NCBI GenBank assembly: GCA_964016885.1
Contig: OZ024740.1
Span: forward strand, 258,168,001 to 258,232,000
DNA: 64,000 bases
Reading direction: 5' to 3'
Source: Eledone cirrhosa
Lineage: Eukaryota
The translations under genes and the position numbers were made by a program. Positions 13,915 to 28,730 of this stretch are shown here, piece after piece; the stretch's first letter is position 1, and every line of letters begins with the position of its first letter. Under the pieces are notes generated by a model, which was given only the letters and a program-made list of their open reading frames with translations, ran no database searches and was not told the DNA's origin.

Positions 13915-14795
13915 ATCATACTTTCTTTATTTCAATAGAAAGTCTGAATATTTTCACCCCAGGACATCAGCCATACTCACTGAACCAGAACAATTCTCTC
14001 CAACCCTTTTTTCTTGACCATTATCTTTTGTTTGGCACGAAATTCTCTAAATGGCTACAAAAAAATTCCAAAATACGGGCGCGAAATTTAATGTACTTGT
14101 TCACGTGACAGTCATAATTTCATTTATAACCAATCAAATTACATTTGTAAAAAAAAAGCCTTCGTGAGCCCCTTTTTTTAAGTAAAAAGAAGAAATTCAA
14201 ACACAAACTTGCACGAAAGCTGATGTGCTTATTCACGTGACTGCATCAACCAACTAAACTTCATTCATATATGAAAAAACAATCTGAGCCCCCCCCCCCC
14301 CCCCACACACACTTTTTTAAAGGCAAATCTAATAAGAACTTTGTAACGCGTAACGCGAACTGGCGCGAGATTGATTATACTTATTCACATGACAGTCATC
14401 AACCGACAAAATTAGTTCTCTAAAAACCTAGCATTTCGAGCCACTTTTTTCCATATAAAACAGAAGTAACATTAGAACACCAACCAGATGTGAGAAAAAC
14501 CACAAACCCTCCATCTCAATTCTACTTTTGAAAAGCAGAAGAACTGCGAAACCGGTAAAGGAACCAAATAAATATATTTAAAAAAAACAACTCCATTTGC
14601 ATTTCCGATTTCATCTTTTTTCCTTATACTTTCCTCGTGTAGGACATCTCGTTGTTTTCCGTTTTGTTAATTTTGGATTACCTCCTTGATTGTAACTTTA
14701 TTATGTAAGAAGCTGTCTGAAGAGAGCATAACAGTGACTTCTACGCTGTATTGTGTAACCATTTGTTGTCCTCGAAATATGTATAACTGCCTTAT
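13915..14795 (+). mobile_element. Penelope-type pseudo-LTR (solo), ending in a hammerhead fold
   Basis: Reverse-complement match to 59640-60392 (3' flank of the GIY-YIG ORF) and direct match to 61840-62150. Confidence 0.65.
14710..14793 (+). ncRNA. Type I hammerhead ribozyme fold
   Basis: CTGAAGA 14717-23; stem II GAGCATAACA...TGTTGTCCTC; GAAA 14774-77; TATGTA; AUA triplet; imperfect stem I AAGCTGT/ACTGCCT. Confidence 0.6.
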
Positions 14796-14835
14796 CAATA
14801 AAGGACTTTATCATCAAAACATTGTATTCCCTTAT

Positions 14836-14889
<54 letters not shown>

Positions 14890-14950
14890 CGCTGCCTCCT
14901 CGCTATAGAGTATGGCCATTGCACGATATACCATTATTTATAATTATTAA

Positions 14951-15129
14951 GGCGGTGGATTGGCAGTATCGGTAGAGGGTCGGACGCCATGCTTTCCAGC
15001 ATAGTTACGTCCCTTTACGATCTGAGTTAAAATCCCGCCGAGGTTGACTTTGCCTTTCATCCTTACGGGGTCGATCAAATAAAGTACCAGTAATGCACTG
15101 GATAATTGCTGGCCTTGTGCCTAAAGTAG
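14951..15129 (+). mobile_element. tRNA-derived SINE with Nin/Deu-type core
   Basis: GGCGGTGGATTGGCAGTATCGG (A box)...GTTAAAATCC (B box)...GCCTTTCATCCTTACGGGGTCGAT. Confidence 0.9.
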
Positions 15130-15130
15130 G

Positions 15131-15193
15131 CTGTCTGAAGATTCATTTCTCTGGATTTCCAATCTTTTGGAATGATGAAACCGTCGGTAACAG
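15131..15193 (+). ncRNA. Type I hammerhead ribozyme fold
   Basis: CTGT-CTGAAGA-T-TCATT...AATGA-T-GAAA-CCG-T-CGG-TA-ACAG; all three stems present, GUA triplet. Confidence 0.75.
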
Positions 15194-15378
15194 AAACAGA
15201 ACAGGTGATTATTTAAATCGTTTTTTAATTTATTTAGAGAATTGTTTGATAACCGCTTGCTCCGCAACTTTTTATATTGTTCTGGTGTCTCGAATTAGTA
15301 CCATTGAACCACAATTATTATAAACAACTTGCATATTTCTACAAGTACACAGTACCTGTTGAAGTATTCATCCACTTT

Positions 15379-15434
<56 letters not shown>

Positions 15435-15847
15435 CAAAAGGGATATTTAATGTGTTGGTAATTAAACAAATATATATGTCTATAACTGATTCGGAACACT
15501 CGACAAGTTTTCTGGAGTATAATATCAATGATACTGAATAAATGGAAACTATATTTATAAAACCATATTTATATGGATAGTAAAAGTAAAGAAGGGAAAG
15601 AGAAGAAAAGTCAAATATTTCAAATTATTAATATATAAACAACTATCTGGTTGTGGCACCAACCAACCAACCAGAAATTTATAAATTTATTATAAATTTA
15701 TTATAATGAATTGAAGTGAAAGCAACTGGTGCGTATGTTTCTTATTGGCAACATGGCCCTCCCAAAGTATAACAATATCGGTTTCAACACACGATTTCAG
15801 ATAAAGAATCTTGCTAAACAAATTCAGAAACGATATATATATATATA

Positions 15848-16164
<317 letters not shown>

Positions 16165-16920
16165 AAAAGGGTCAGGACCCCTGAGCTGTGTCTTTACGAT
16201 AGCTAGGTCTAAACTAACGCCGTAGTGTTAGGACGGCTGCGGTGTAGCTGAACTTTTCAAGGAGTAATTCCATATATGATCATGCAATGAGAGCGTAGTA
16301 ATTAGTATCATATCAAACAATTCTAAAAGTTGTTGTTTTTCATTCCTGTCACGGGTAGTGGTCAAAGGTTTTGTAAACAGTTAAATTCCTTCATAGCGTC
16401 GGGTAGGGTGTGGCTGATCTTGCCTGTAGAACAAAGGGGAGGGAGTAAGAAGACAATCTGGTCCGTGGATGCAGGCCGGTCATGCGTTAAGAGAGAATTC
16501 TATACAGCTATATCTAATGGTGGTGAGAACATATGATAAACAGGGAGTGTCGTAGAATTAATAGGTCAGGCCTTGGCTAGGAAACAAAGCAAATATAATT
16601 TAATACAAAATTCCAAATTAATAAGATTTTAGCTATTAGTTCGTCCAATACACTCAGACAGCATCTCAAGGTAGTAATTTATCAACATTATTATCCGAAG
16701 TGATGCCCCCCCCCCTTAAAAAAAGAGAAAACACTGGCTATATGTTCGGCCGGTGCTATATATATTTGTGGAAATACTCTGGTTAATCTAAGGAAGAAAG
16801 AAAGTGAATATAATAGTGTAGATAAGCGAAGAGCCGCCTCAAATGTTTGGTTGTCAAAATTAGGGTGCGTCCTCGAGGACGAAGCGTCTTCGGCGCCGGG
16901 GGTAGACTGTATATGTATAT

Positions 16921-17496
<576 letters not shown>

Positions 17497-17951
17497 GGAA
17501 ATCAGTAAAATCGAATCTCTGGCGGTTTGCAAGTGAATTCGGCCTACTTATATGAAATGATGAGTTAGCAAAGCACTCGATAAGATAGGTCCTTAGAGTA
17601 ATAATATATGTTTAAATAGCTTGACAAATCGAACATTGCGGTAGGCTAAACTAACACACAATATATATACCAGAGCAACGATAGAACTAATCAGAAGGAA
17701 GTTTGTTTGTTTGTATGTTGACCGGCAATTACACAACATCCTGAAAAAATTGGTAATAATTTAAGTATTGTCTCAAGTTGCCTTTAGTTTTCAATCTCTG
17801 TATTTCATTGAATTTTAATCGATTTTCTTTCGATATTTTTGACACGTTTTTCCAATAATATTAATAAGAATCTAAAGGAGTTTACTCTCTAATACAAATT
17901 TTTTTTAAATATTTACAATGTGTGTATACATAATATATTTAATTTCGTAAA

Positions 17952-18165
17952 AATTCAGCATGTGTACGCTTAAATGTACACCCCAGAGAGATTCAGCATG
18001 TGTACGCTTAAATGTAATTCGCAGGGAGATCCAGTATGTATACGCTTAAATATAATTCTCAGGTAGATTCAGTATGTAACTCTGAGGGGAATCAGCAAAT
18101 GTACTCTTAAATGTAATTCTCAGGGAGATTCAGTATGTGTACCCCTAAATGTAATCTCACCGAGA
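17952..18165. repeat. ~38-bp minisatellite, about 5-6 units
   Basis: Unit ATTCAGYATGTGTACGCTTAAATGTAATTCNCAGGGAG. Confidence 0.85.
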
Positions 18166-18301
18166 TTTAGAAGGACACGTACATACATATATTATCTACA
18201 TATTTGCAAATATCTGTGTATTCTTGTATATTCTACATTGCATAATAATAATTGTGTTGAAGAAAACATTCCTCCCTTTTTTTACTTCCTATTTGCTCTC
18301 A

Positions 18302-18370
<69 letters not shown>

Positions 18371-18689
18371 TCTCATGAAATTCACGCTGTGTAAATCTAA
18401 AAGAAATAAAAACGAATTTTCATGAAAGCTCGTATATTTCAGGAATGAACGTTTGGGACCCAAAAGAGTCTAGAATCCTCGTAAAGGATATAAAAGCATA
18501 ATATTATAAGAAGGAAGTAGAACTTCAGCCACATTGCGTTATCTTTTATAAAGTTATTTTACATCAGTCATAGAAAGTTAAGCGAAGTTAGGTACAAACT
18601 ACAACAAAATGACACAGCTAGTTGGTTTTGTTAAAGTAGGGTGATAATAATAAGCACAATAACATTCTGAGCCTCAATGAATCTAGCTT

Positions 18690-20620
18690 TCCGTTTACAG
18701 GGTGGCATACGTCCCATCGTTGTGGGCAATCGGGCAATCTCTTCCGGAGGCTGGCTGCTAAGGTCGTATGCAGGTCCATCACATCTGAATTAGGTGAGGA
18801 GCTCAGTCCGGTGCAACTGGGTGTCGGTGTGACCGGTGGCTGTGAGGGGGCCGCACATGCAACCAAGCACTTCTTCAGCAGTGCCCACCGGAACCGGCAT
18901 CCAGGGATTCCAGGCACCTCATTGGCAAGTTTGACATGAGAAATGCCTTTAACTGCATACTCCGGGACCATCTGCTCGATGCCTGCCTCAGCCGAGCCCC
19001 CTCTGCCTACCCACTGGCCTACCTGTCATATGGAGCCCCGAGCATGCACCTTGTTGCTGAAACGGTCATGCCTTCAGCCACTGGGGTCCAACAAGGTGAC
19101 CCTTTGGGCCCCCTCCTTATTGCTCTTGGTATAGACGACATTGCCCGGAGTATCACGGCCCCTCTCAACGATTGGTAACTGGAGGGTGCTACGTTGGGCG
19201 GGCCCGTAAAGTCTGTCTGCCATGACCTAAAATAGGTGGTTCCTGCCCTGGCGGGAACCGGCCTCCTGGTCAACTGGTTCCGGTCGGAGAATGTCAACCA
19301 CGATACTGAGAGCTTTGCAGCCTCCGTCTCGGACATGTGGTCCATTATCCACCAGGTAAAGGTGACACCCCCAAAAGGATGTCCTAATGCTCGGGTCACC
19401 GATCCACTCACCGGCCATCCACTCCACCATCAGGTCCAGGCTCCAGCAACTCAAGACCGTCACAAGCCGACTAGGCTTGATTGACGGCCACCTAACTCTT
19501 CGCCATGCCGAAGCTCCTCTATACACTTCGGAGCGCTCCGTGCTACAGCCACGCATCTCTCCTCGCTGACCTGAGTACCTGTATCCGAGTGGCAGCTGAG
19601 GAAATATGCAAAGTCAGGTTTGACGACATTGGATGGCAACAGGCCACTTTACCTGTTAGATATAGTGGCCTTCGCCGTCGGTCCCCGATCTCGCTGCGTA
19701 GCCGGCGTTTCTTTCGTCGGTAACCTCATGCCGCGTCCTCGTCAGCAGGGTTCTCCAAAGCACAATGGAACCCTCTGTGATCGGGGAATATGACGCCGCC
19801 TGCGAGACGTGGGACCGGCTGGGACTTAGCCCAGTAGACGTCCCTCTTCCTTCTACCCCTGCTGACGGCAAGTCCCTCCAAAAGATTTGGGATGCCATCC
19901 ATTGCAGCCTGACCTCAGACAGGCACCATGCCTGTTTTCGTGCGGTTTCCAGACCCGACAGTGGTGCCTGGCTCCATGCTTTGCCCTCCTTCTCCATTGC
20001 CACGCAGCTGGACGACGATAGCCTGCGCATCGGAATTTCCCTGAGACTTGGCCTCCGGATCTGCGAGCCACATAAATATCGCTGTGGGTCCACGGTGGAG
20101 TCTTTCGGCCTCCATCCGCTTTCCTATCACCAGAGTGCCGGCCGCCTCCCACGCCATGCTGCCCTCAACGAGGTCATAAAGCATGGCTTGGACGCTGCTG
20201 GATTCCCTTCCCAGCTCCAGCCGGAGGGGCTGGAGCGGGAGGACGGCAAAAGGCCAGACAGTATGACCACCTTCCCGCTCCGCGGTGGCAAACCCCTCGT
20301 CTGGGATGCCACTTGCAACGACACCTTCTCCAGCCGCAAACTGGTGCAGTCTGCGACTAACCCAGGTTCTTCTGCACGTCGAGCTGAGGAGGGCAAACTC
20401 TCCAAGTACCGGTCGCTCTCCGACAGGTTTGTGGTCGAGCCCTTGGCAGAGGAAGCTTCTGGTGTACATGACCATAGGGCTACCTCCCTACTCATCACCA
20501 TAGGCGCCGAGGTGGCCAGTCGCAGGTGTGAGCCTCGCGAGATGGAATGGTTCTTCCAGCGCATCTCCTTTACCATCCTTCGTGGAAACACCTTCTCCAT
20601 TCTATCCGCCGGGGCTGTGG
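18690..20620 (+). mobile_element. CRE-clade non-LTR retrotransposon (RT plus restriction-like endonuclease), decayed
   Basis: GC-rich island with MRNAFN, GVQQGDPLGPLL, SGAWLHALP, RHAALNEVI, DGKRPD and LVWDATC motifs; stops and frameshifts. Confidence 0.8.
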
Positions 20621-20979
20621 GAAGGCCAGCACATGGGACCCCATTTGCTCACCATGCAGAGAGATGGGGAGGGCGAGAGAAATGGAGGCGATGATTGTGG
20701 GAGTTCGGACCATATCCTTGTTGTTATAATATATATTTATTAGATTACATACACACACATTAACACACACACACATATGTGAGAGGGGCAGGTTACACAG
20801 GCTAAAAGGGTCTTTGAACCAACCTATAACAATTCTTCCATTCGGTGCTGTAAGTACTTTTAAATATTTGTCTACAAATTACTTCTTTCTTAAGAAAACC
20901 TTGAAACAAACACCATCTCAGGGTTCCATGTTTTCTGGGCCAGAGTCTGGGTTTTGTTCTTGGCGGCTGATGGGTGGAT

Positions 20980-22200
20980 GTTGTTTACCTTGACTTTGCT
21001 AAAGCTTTCAATTCTGTGCCACACAAAAGACATATGACAAAACTCTCTGCAATGGGTGCGAAGGATGATCCTTTTAACTGGTTGAAGTCCTTCATTCTCA
21101 GTCGAAGAGAGGTAGTCACGGTTCTAGGACAGCATTCCTCACCGTAGGAGATGTCATCTGGTGTAACACAGGGATCTGTTCTTAGTCCGCTTTTGTTTGT
21201 GGCATATATTAATGACATAGATGCCAACTTAAAGAATTTCACAATACTGAAATATGCAGATGACCTCAAGCTGTACCTTGAGATAAAAAGGAAGATCCTG
21301 AATACTATAGATCTTTCCTGCAATCAGACCTAGACACAATGCAACAAGAGATCACGGACTGGCAACTCAAGTTGGCTGTGGACACGTGTACCACCATGCA
21401 TTTTGGGAGTAGAAACCTAGCGTCCACATACTCCCTCACAACACTAATATCAAGAAGTCTTCTTGTGAACGTGACCTGGGCATTACTGTCAACAGCGATT
21501 TGAGTTGGACGAAGCACGTCTCTAAAATTGTCAAGACCTTTGTCAGCCGCTCTCCTGCTATCTATTTAAAGCTGTATACAGCTATGGTGCGGCCACACTT
21601 AGAATTTGTATCACCAGTCTGGAACCCCTATCTTGCTCAGAACATTGATATCCTGGAAACTGTTCAGGGACGTGCAACCAAGCGAATACCTTCCATCAGG
21701 CATCTACCATACTTGAACGCCTTGCTTCCCAGGGCATGGATACATTGAAGCTCCTACATTTGGCAACTGACTTGGCTCCTACATTTGGCAACCCACACAA
21801 TTATCAACCATCTTGCCAACAACAACCCTGAGCACCTTTTTGATTTCCATGTGTCTAACACCCGTAGGCATCCCTACAAAGTCAGAAAACAGCACAGCTC
21901 CCATGACTTTCGGAAACATTTTTTCACGCTCAGAGTTGCTGAAGCATAGAACAAACTACTTGCATCAGCTGTTAGCTGTCGAGATACTGTATCTTTTAAA
22001 ACCTCCAAGCTTCCTGATGTTCGCCAACACTGCACCTGATGTGCCCCCTCCATACACACGCACACATGTATTTCATGACTCATACACTGTTCATTTTCCT
22101 GACATTTGAACATTATTCTATGTACTATACATGCACCTTTGATGAGTTGTAGTGCACCTGAGCATTGTACACAATAATTTCATTATTATTATTATTATTT
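20980..22200 (+). mobile_element. CR1-clade LINE 3' portion, decayed
   Basis: DFAKAF, SGVTQGSVLSPLLF, YADDLKLY, LYTAMVRPHLEF..PVWNPY; ends in (ATT)n. Confidence 0.85.
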
Positions 22201-22640
22201 ATGACAACTTAAATGTGGTCAGCTTCGTCATCGATTTATATCTCCTTCGTGATGATATTCATGTAATATTTACTCATTTCTCATTTAATCCACATTTTAC
22301 TTTTTAAAAAAGAAGCCAAGAAATAGAAAGTTCTTACTGTCATCAGGTGTTGTCACCTTACATAATACTCCAGGGTGGGTAGTTTACAAAGTTTATTTCT
22401 GTATGATCCAAACCAGGAAACAGAGAATGTTGTTTACCTAGTAGTTCTTACTTAATTTCCTTATATATGTGATAGAATGTATCTCCTCTCATAAAAGTGA
22501 TATATGTTGTATTTTCATTTTTTATTATTTCTGTTTTATGAATTCAGAATTTATTTCATTCAACAATAAATGGAATTTAGAATAACTAATATCTATATTA
22601 CATCTTTTGTGCCGTTCCTGTAATATATAAGTACCACATT

Positions 22641-22672
22641 CATTCCCGAGCAACGCTGAGTTTTGCTGCTAG

Positions 22673-22673
<1 letters not shown>
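22641..22673 (+). mobile_element. Helitron-type 3' terminus
   Basis: CCCGAGCAACGCTGAG imperfect hairpin followed by CTGCTAGT. Confidence 0.55.
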
Positions 22674-23562
<889 letters not shown>

Positions 23563-23617
23563 AGAGAGATGGAGAGAGAGAAATATACACGGGTGTGTAT
23601 GATTGTGTATAGAAGAT

Positions 23618-23950
23618 TATATTAATAAAAGGAATTCCAACTTTGTCTGATTTACTTGTTTTATTTACAATCCTTTAAAATGTATAATGGTATTAGAATG
23701 AAATAGTATGGTAGAATATTAAATGTTAAGTCTTAATTGAACAAGTACTTTGACAGTTGAAAATTGCAAACTTGACTGTCACCAGAGAATGTGAACCTGA
23801 AGATTGCGAAAGCATGAAAGTACTTGTTCAATTAACACTTCACATTTAATATTCTACCGTACTATTTCATTCTAATACCATTATAAATTTTAAAGGATTG
23901 TAAATAAAACGAGTAAATCAGACAAAGTTGGAATTCCTTTTATTAATATA
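23618..23950. repeat. Long inverted repeat (~134-bp arms) with a hammerhead in the loop; probable Penelope pseudo-LTR fold-back
   Basis: 23618-23751 is the reverse complement of 23817-23950. Confidence 0.9.
23792..23830 (+). ncRNA. Minimal type I hammerhead ribozyme fold
   Basis: TGAAC-CTGAAGA-T-TGC-GAAA-GCA-T-GAAA-GTAC-TT-GTTCA. Confidence 0.75.
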
Positions 23951-24037
23951 TATATATATATACATATATGTATATATATATATATCATTTAGTGGTATTA
24001 AGGCAGAATGGGCCTATACTTGCCGAAATTAATTTAA

Positions 24038-24163
<126 letters not shown>

Positions 24164-24789
24164 CTCCAGAGTCTAGCTATTGACCAGTTAATTTTCTTGA
24201 TTTTTATAGTTGATTCTATTGACTGATGAATAGCTTTTGTTAACTTTAAAACCATTCTGTTGAGAACTTAATTCGTTTTGTGATATTTTGCAATTTTGCA
24301 ATAATAATACACATACTGAATTCATCCGCCAAAAATAAGGGTTGCCTCTCTTGTCGAGCCCCACGTGGGTTTGGTAACGGTCAATCCTTGGCCTGGCACT
24401 TGAACTAAAAGCCTGTTGAGAAAGTGACGTCCTTTTTCAATCATCTTACCAAAAGCTTAACATTATTTGTCTAAGCGGACAATACTTGATTTAGGAGTCG
24501 CAGAAACCCAAATGCTGGATTTTCACCAACCATCCAGGGGTCCGGGTAAATTTTTCAATCATATTTTTTTTTTGTTTGACCCGAATTACTTGGTCGTTTC
24601 TATGGCTGTGCGGAGAATGGTTTAACCATCGTCTCAGTGTGTTTGGCCTTTTAACGTATGTTGTAGCTCTGGTTCGTTAGAATCTATTGAGCGCTTACCA
24701 CACATCTCGGAAGTTGTTTTTCCCTATTTTCCAATAGCCGAAATACGATTCTCGCTAATTTATATTATATATTATATATTATATATATA

Positions 24790-27000
24790 TTATATATATT
24801 TCAAGGGCACCAAAACACTTTGGTACGCTTTCTTCAGATAAAATACAAAGTTTGTTTTATAAATAGAGACATAGCCATTAAAAACATACCTTATCAGTTG
24901 AATATTCCCTGGATAGTGGAAATGTATAATGGATTTTTCCAACTTATAGGTGAATATGCAAATGAATACGTAAATAATTGAAAAACAACCGTTAATTTAA
25001 ACGACTATGGAGTGTTTAGATATATAATATATATAATAGTAAGAGAGAGTAGAAGGAAAAAATAGTAAGAGAGAGAAAGAAAAAAGCAAAGATAAATTAA
25101 AAGCTCATATAACGTTAATTTGAGGGAAATATATTCGAACAGTTATCTATGTATATATGTAAGTATATATTTTAATAGTATGTGTATTTATATTAAAAGG
25201 ATATTTTACAATTATTAGTTGTTTATAATTTGTTTATATTATGAGTCACGAGGGATGTTTTTGTTCTGTTTTAAGTAGATGATAAATAAATAAATATATA
25301 AATGGGTATATTATGTAAATAAATATGTATTTAAAATTAAGAATGATTTAAAATTAAATTAACGGAGTTAAGTAATACTATTTATATGATTGAAAAAGGA
25401 AGATAAGGAAAGATAAACTCCGATTTTATTTATTCGTTAGTGTGAGACTATTTAGTCAAAATAAGTATGGATGCTTAAGATACATTTAGCCAGAATCAGT
25501 TAGTGGTTATTATCTACATTTAAATAATAGCTTTAAAGGGTGTCATTGTACTTAATAAAGACTTAGGGATTAAGAAATTAAGAAAATTAACAAATTTAAA
25601 AATTTTAAAAATTTAAGTTTAAAAAAAAAAATTTTTTTAAATTAAAGATTAAAATAGAAAATAAAAAAAAATTAAAAAAAATAAAAATAAATAAATAAAA
25701 AATAAAAAAAAATAAAAAATAAATAAATAAATAAAATAGATTTAAAAAAAAAAAAATAAATAAATAAAAAAAAAAAATAAAAAAAAAAAATGAAAAAAAA
25801 AAATAGAAAATAAAAAAAAAAAAATAAATAAATAAATAAATAAATAAAAAATAAAAAATAAAAAATAAATAAAAGAAAATAAAAAAAGAAAATTATTTAA
25901 AAAATATGCTATTTAAAATTTTTTAAATATATACGTATATATTATAAGAAATTTTTTTTTAAAGTGGAAGTACAGCAAATCTTAGAGATATGATTTAGAG
26001 ATATCAATATATCAAAAATAAAGTAGATGACATTGTTATGGAGATTAATAGGAATATTATAAGTATAATTATAAGTTATATATAGTTCTGAATATTGAAT
26101 TATGGCTATGTCTACAAGAATTAAATAAATTCGTTCTGAGATTAATAGAGTTTTTACAGTTAATTATATAAAAAATTTCTTCAATACACAATTTACAGAA
26201 TCTAGATAAAATTGTGTTTCGGTACGTGGGTACTTCCGAAACTGTTTTCCAAGATAATGAATAGTCTATATTCTTGCATTTTAAGTTCAATATCAGGTTT
26301 GAAGTTGAAGATTTTTTTATCAAATCTTCCGAAAGAAGTTTAAATTCTGTAGAAGTGGCACCGACATACCCATTTATTTATTTATTTATCCACTTAAAAC
26401 AGAACAAAATCATCCCTCGTAACTCATATTATAAACAATTAATTAATAATTGTAAATTATCCTTTTAATATACTATTAAAATATATACTTACATATGTAC
26501 ATAGATAACTGTTCGAATATATTTCCTTCAAATTAACGTTATATGAGCTTTTAATTTATCTTTGCTTTTTTCCTTCTTCTCTCTCTGTCTCTTACTATTT
26601 TTTCATTCTTCTCTTTTCTCTCTTACTATTTTTTTCTTCTACTATCTCTTACTATTATATATATTATATATCTAAACTCTCCATAGTCGTTTAAATTAAC
26701 GGTTGTTTTTCAATTATTTACATATTCATTTGCATATTCACCCATAAGTTTGAAAAATCCATTATACATTTCCACTATCCAGGGAATATTCAACTGATAA
26801 GGTATGATTTTTCTGGGTATGTCTCTATATATAAAACAAACTTTGTATTTTACCTGAAGAAAGCGTACCAAAGTGTTTTGGTGCCCTTGAAATATATATA
26901 ATAAAATAAATATGGTTTTATAAATATAGTTTCTATTTATTTAATATCATTGAACATTTACTCCAGAACACTCTCGAGTGCTCTGAATCAGTCATAAACA
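24790..27000 (-). mobile_element. 5'-truncated Penelope-like element with inverted pseudo-LTRs
   Basis: ORF 26069-26323 (YSLSWKTV...FCKLCIEEIFYII...INLRTNLFNSCRH) is a Penelope endonuclease C-terminus; arms 24790-25309 and 26367-26902 are inverted copies. Confidence 0.8.
26847..26907 (+). ncRNA. Type I hammerhead fold in the pseudo-LTR (partial second copy at 24790-24844, minus strand)
   Basis: ATTTTAY-CTGAAGA-AAGcGTACCAAA-gtgt-TTTGGTGCcCTT-GAAA-TATATA-TA-ATAAAAT. Confidence 0.75.
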
Positions 27001-27044
27001 TTTATATTTGTCGGATTTCCAACAAATTAAATATCCCTTCTACT

Positions 27045-27075
<31 letters not shown>

Positions 27076-27227
27076 ATTCATTTTTTATATATTTTATTCA
27101 TTTTTATATATGTTTTCATATATTTTTTATATATCTACTTTTATTTTTATTTACATTAATTCATGTATTCGTTTATTCATCTATTTGTCCCTCTATTCTT
27201 CTTTCTATCCTACGTTATTTCTACTTA

Positions 27228-27357
27228 TGTCCCTTTACGATCTGAGTTCAAATCCCGCCGAGGTTGACTTTGCCTTTCATCCTTACGGGGTCGATAAAAT
27301 AAAGTAGCAGTAATGTACTGGGTAATTGCTGGCCTTGTGCCAAAAGTAGAAACAGTT
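27228..27357 (+). mobile_element. SINE, 5'-truncated
   Basis: B box GTTCAAATCC, core and 3' end. Confidence 0.85.
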
Positions 27358-27811
27358 ATTTCTACTTATGTTTGTCTCTCCTCTATCTACGACCATCTTC
27401 TATATATCTTCTCTTTATATTTCAATCTATAATAATTTTTCCTTTTTCTTCTTCTTTTTCTTTTTCTTTCTCTTTTTCCTTCTTCTTCTTTCTCCTCCCT
27501 TTCCTTTCTTTCTTTACTGTATCTATCTCCCTTTCTTCCTCCTTTTCTCTCTATATCTTTATTATTAATATTATTATTGATGATGTAATATGAATTTGTA
27601 AATTTGCCGGTTACATATATATTCTTTTAACAGTTTCCGAAGATCTAATAGAGTTAACATCGTATTTAAAATTGAGTGGCACTGCTTTTAGTGTTCAGCA
27701 ATTTATAGACAACTCTATCAGTGAAACAATTGTTAGACTGCAAATAAATCCCCTTTTTTGTACTGTTGACCATGTTATTCTCCACCTTTTCAATTTTATA
27801 CACACACACAT

Positions 27812-27889
<78 letters not shown>

Positions 27890-28066
27890 TTTTGTCACAG
27901 AGCCAGCAATTATGCCAGTGCTTGACTGGTACTTTATTTTATCGACCCCGTAAGGATGAAAGGCATAATTTACCTCGGCAGGATTTGAACTCAGATCTTA
28001 AAGGGCTGTAACTCAATGCTGCAAAGCATGGTGTCCGACCCTCTACCGGTACTGCCAATCCGACCC
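27890..28066 (-). mobile_element. SINE
   Basis: Reverse complement of the SINE consensus. Confidence 0.85.
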
Positions 28067-28428
28067 TTAATACATATATAATCGAGTATAACCGAAGTTG
28101 CAGCTGCACTATAGCAGATGACAATCGAAATATAAGAATATAAGAGCCATTCATGAAGAGCGAACATAAAACGTTAAAGAATTGTGACAACATGAATAAT
28201 GCGACCAGAATCAAGTTGCTACAATAATACAACAGCGATATATACAAACAGGTCGAACTATAAACTGGACCATCTTGAGTGGACATGAATCAATAAAAAT
28301 CGATAACAATTTTTCATCGGTTTCTTGGATTCTGGAAATTACCAAGGAAGGAAATTACCAAACAAATTTTATATTCGCACTCTATTCAGTATTCTGAGAT
28401 ACTTAGAAGTGAAGGGATTACTAATTTT

Positions 28429-28505
28429 ACACACACTGATGAGCAAAGAATTGGTAATTTCCTTCGCTAAAATTGCGAAACAACCAACCTAAGCTGTCTG
28501 GGTGT
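28429..28505 (+). ncRNA. Type I hammerhead ribozyme fold with canonical core
   Basis: ACACACA-CTGATGA-GCAA...TTGC-GAAA-CA...TG-TC-TGGGTGT; GUC triplet. Confidence 0.75.
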
Positions 28506-28677
28506 TCAGGTAGTTGCCCAATATAGGTTTGTTTTTCTTTTTCCTGATTTATTATTTTAAATTGAGTCTGGCAAACCATATTGTTAACAGTTAGTATGTT
28601 GTAACCCTAGCGAATTTGGCTCCTTACGATTTGAAAACATGTATGTTTAAATCTGTGTTTAACTCTCTTTTATATTC

Positions 28678-28730
<53 letters not shown>

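Noticed and set aside
14951-15040. tRNA gene
   Set aside because: A and B boxes belong to a multicopy SINE head; no cloverleaf.
17952-18165. CRISPR-like periodic repeat
   Set aside because: Units are contiguous and mutually similar with no unique spacers; eukaryotic context and no cas genes.
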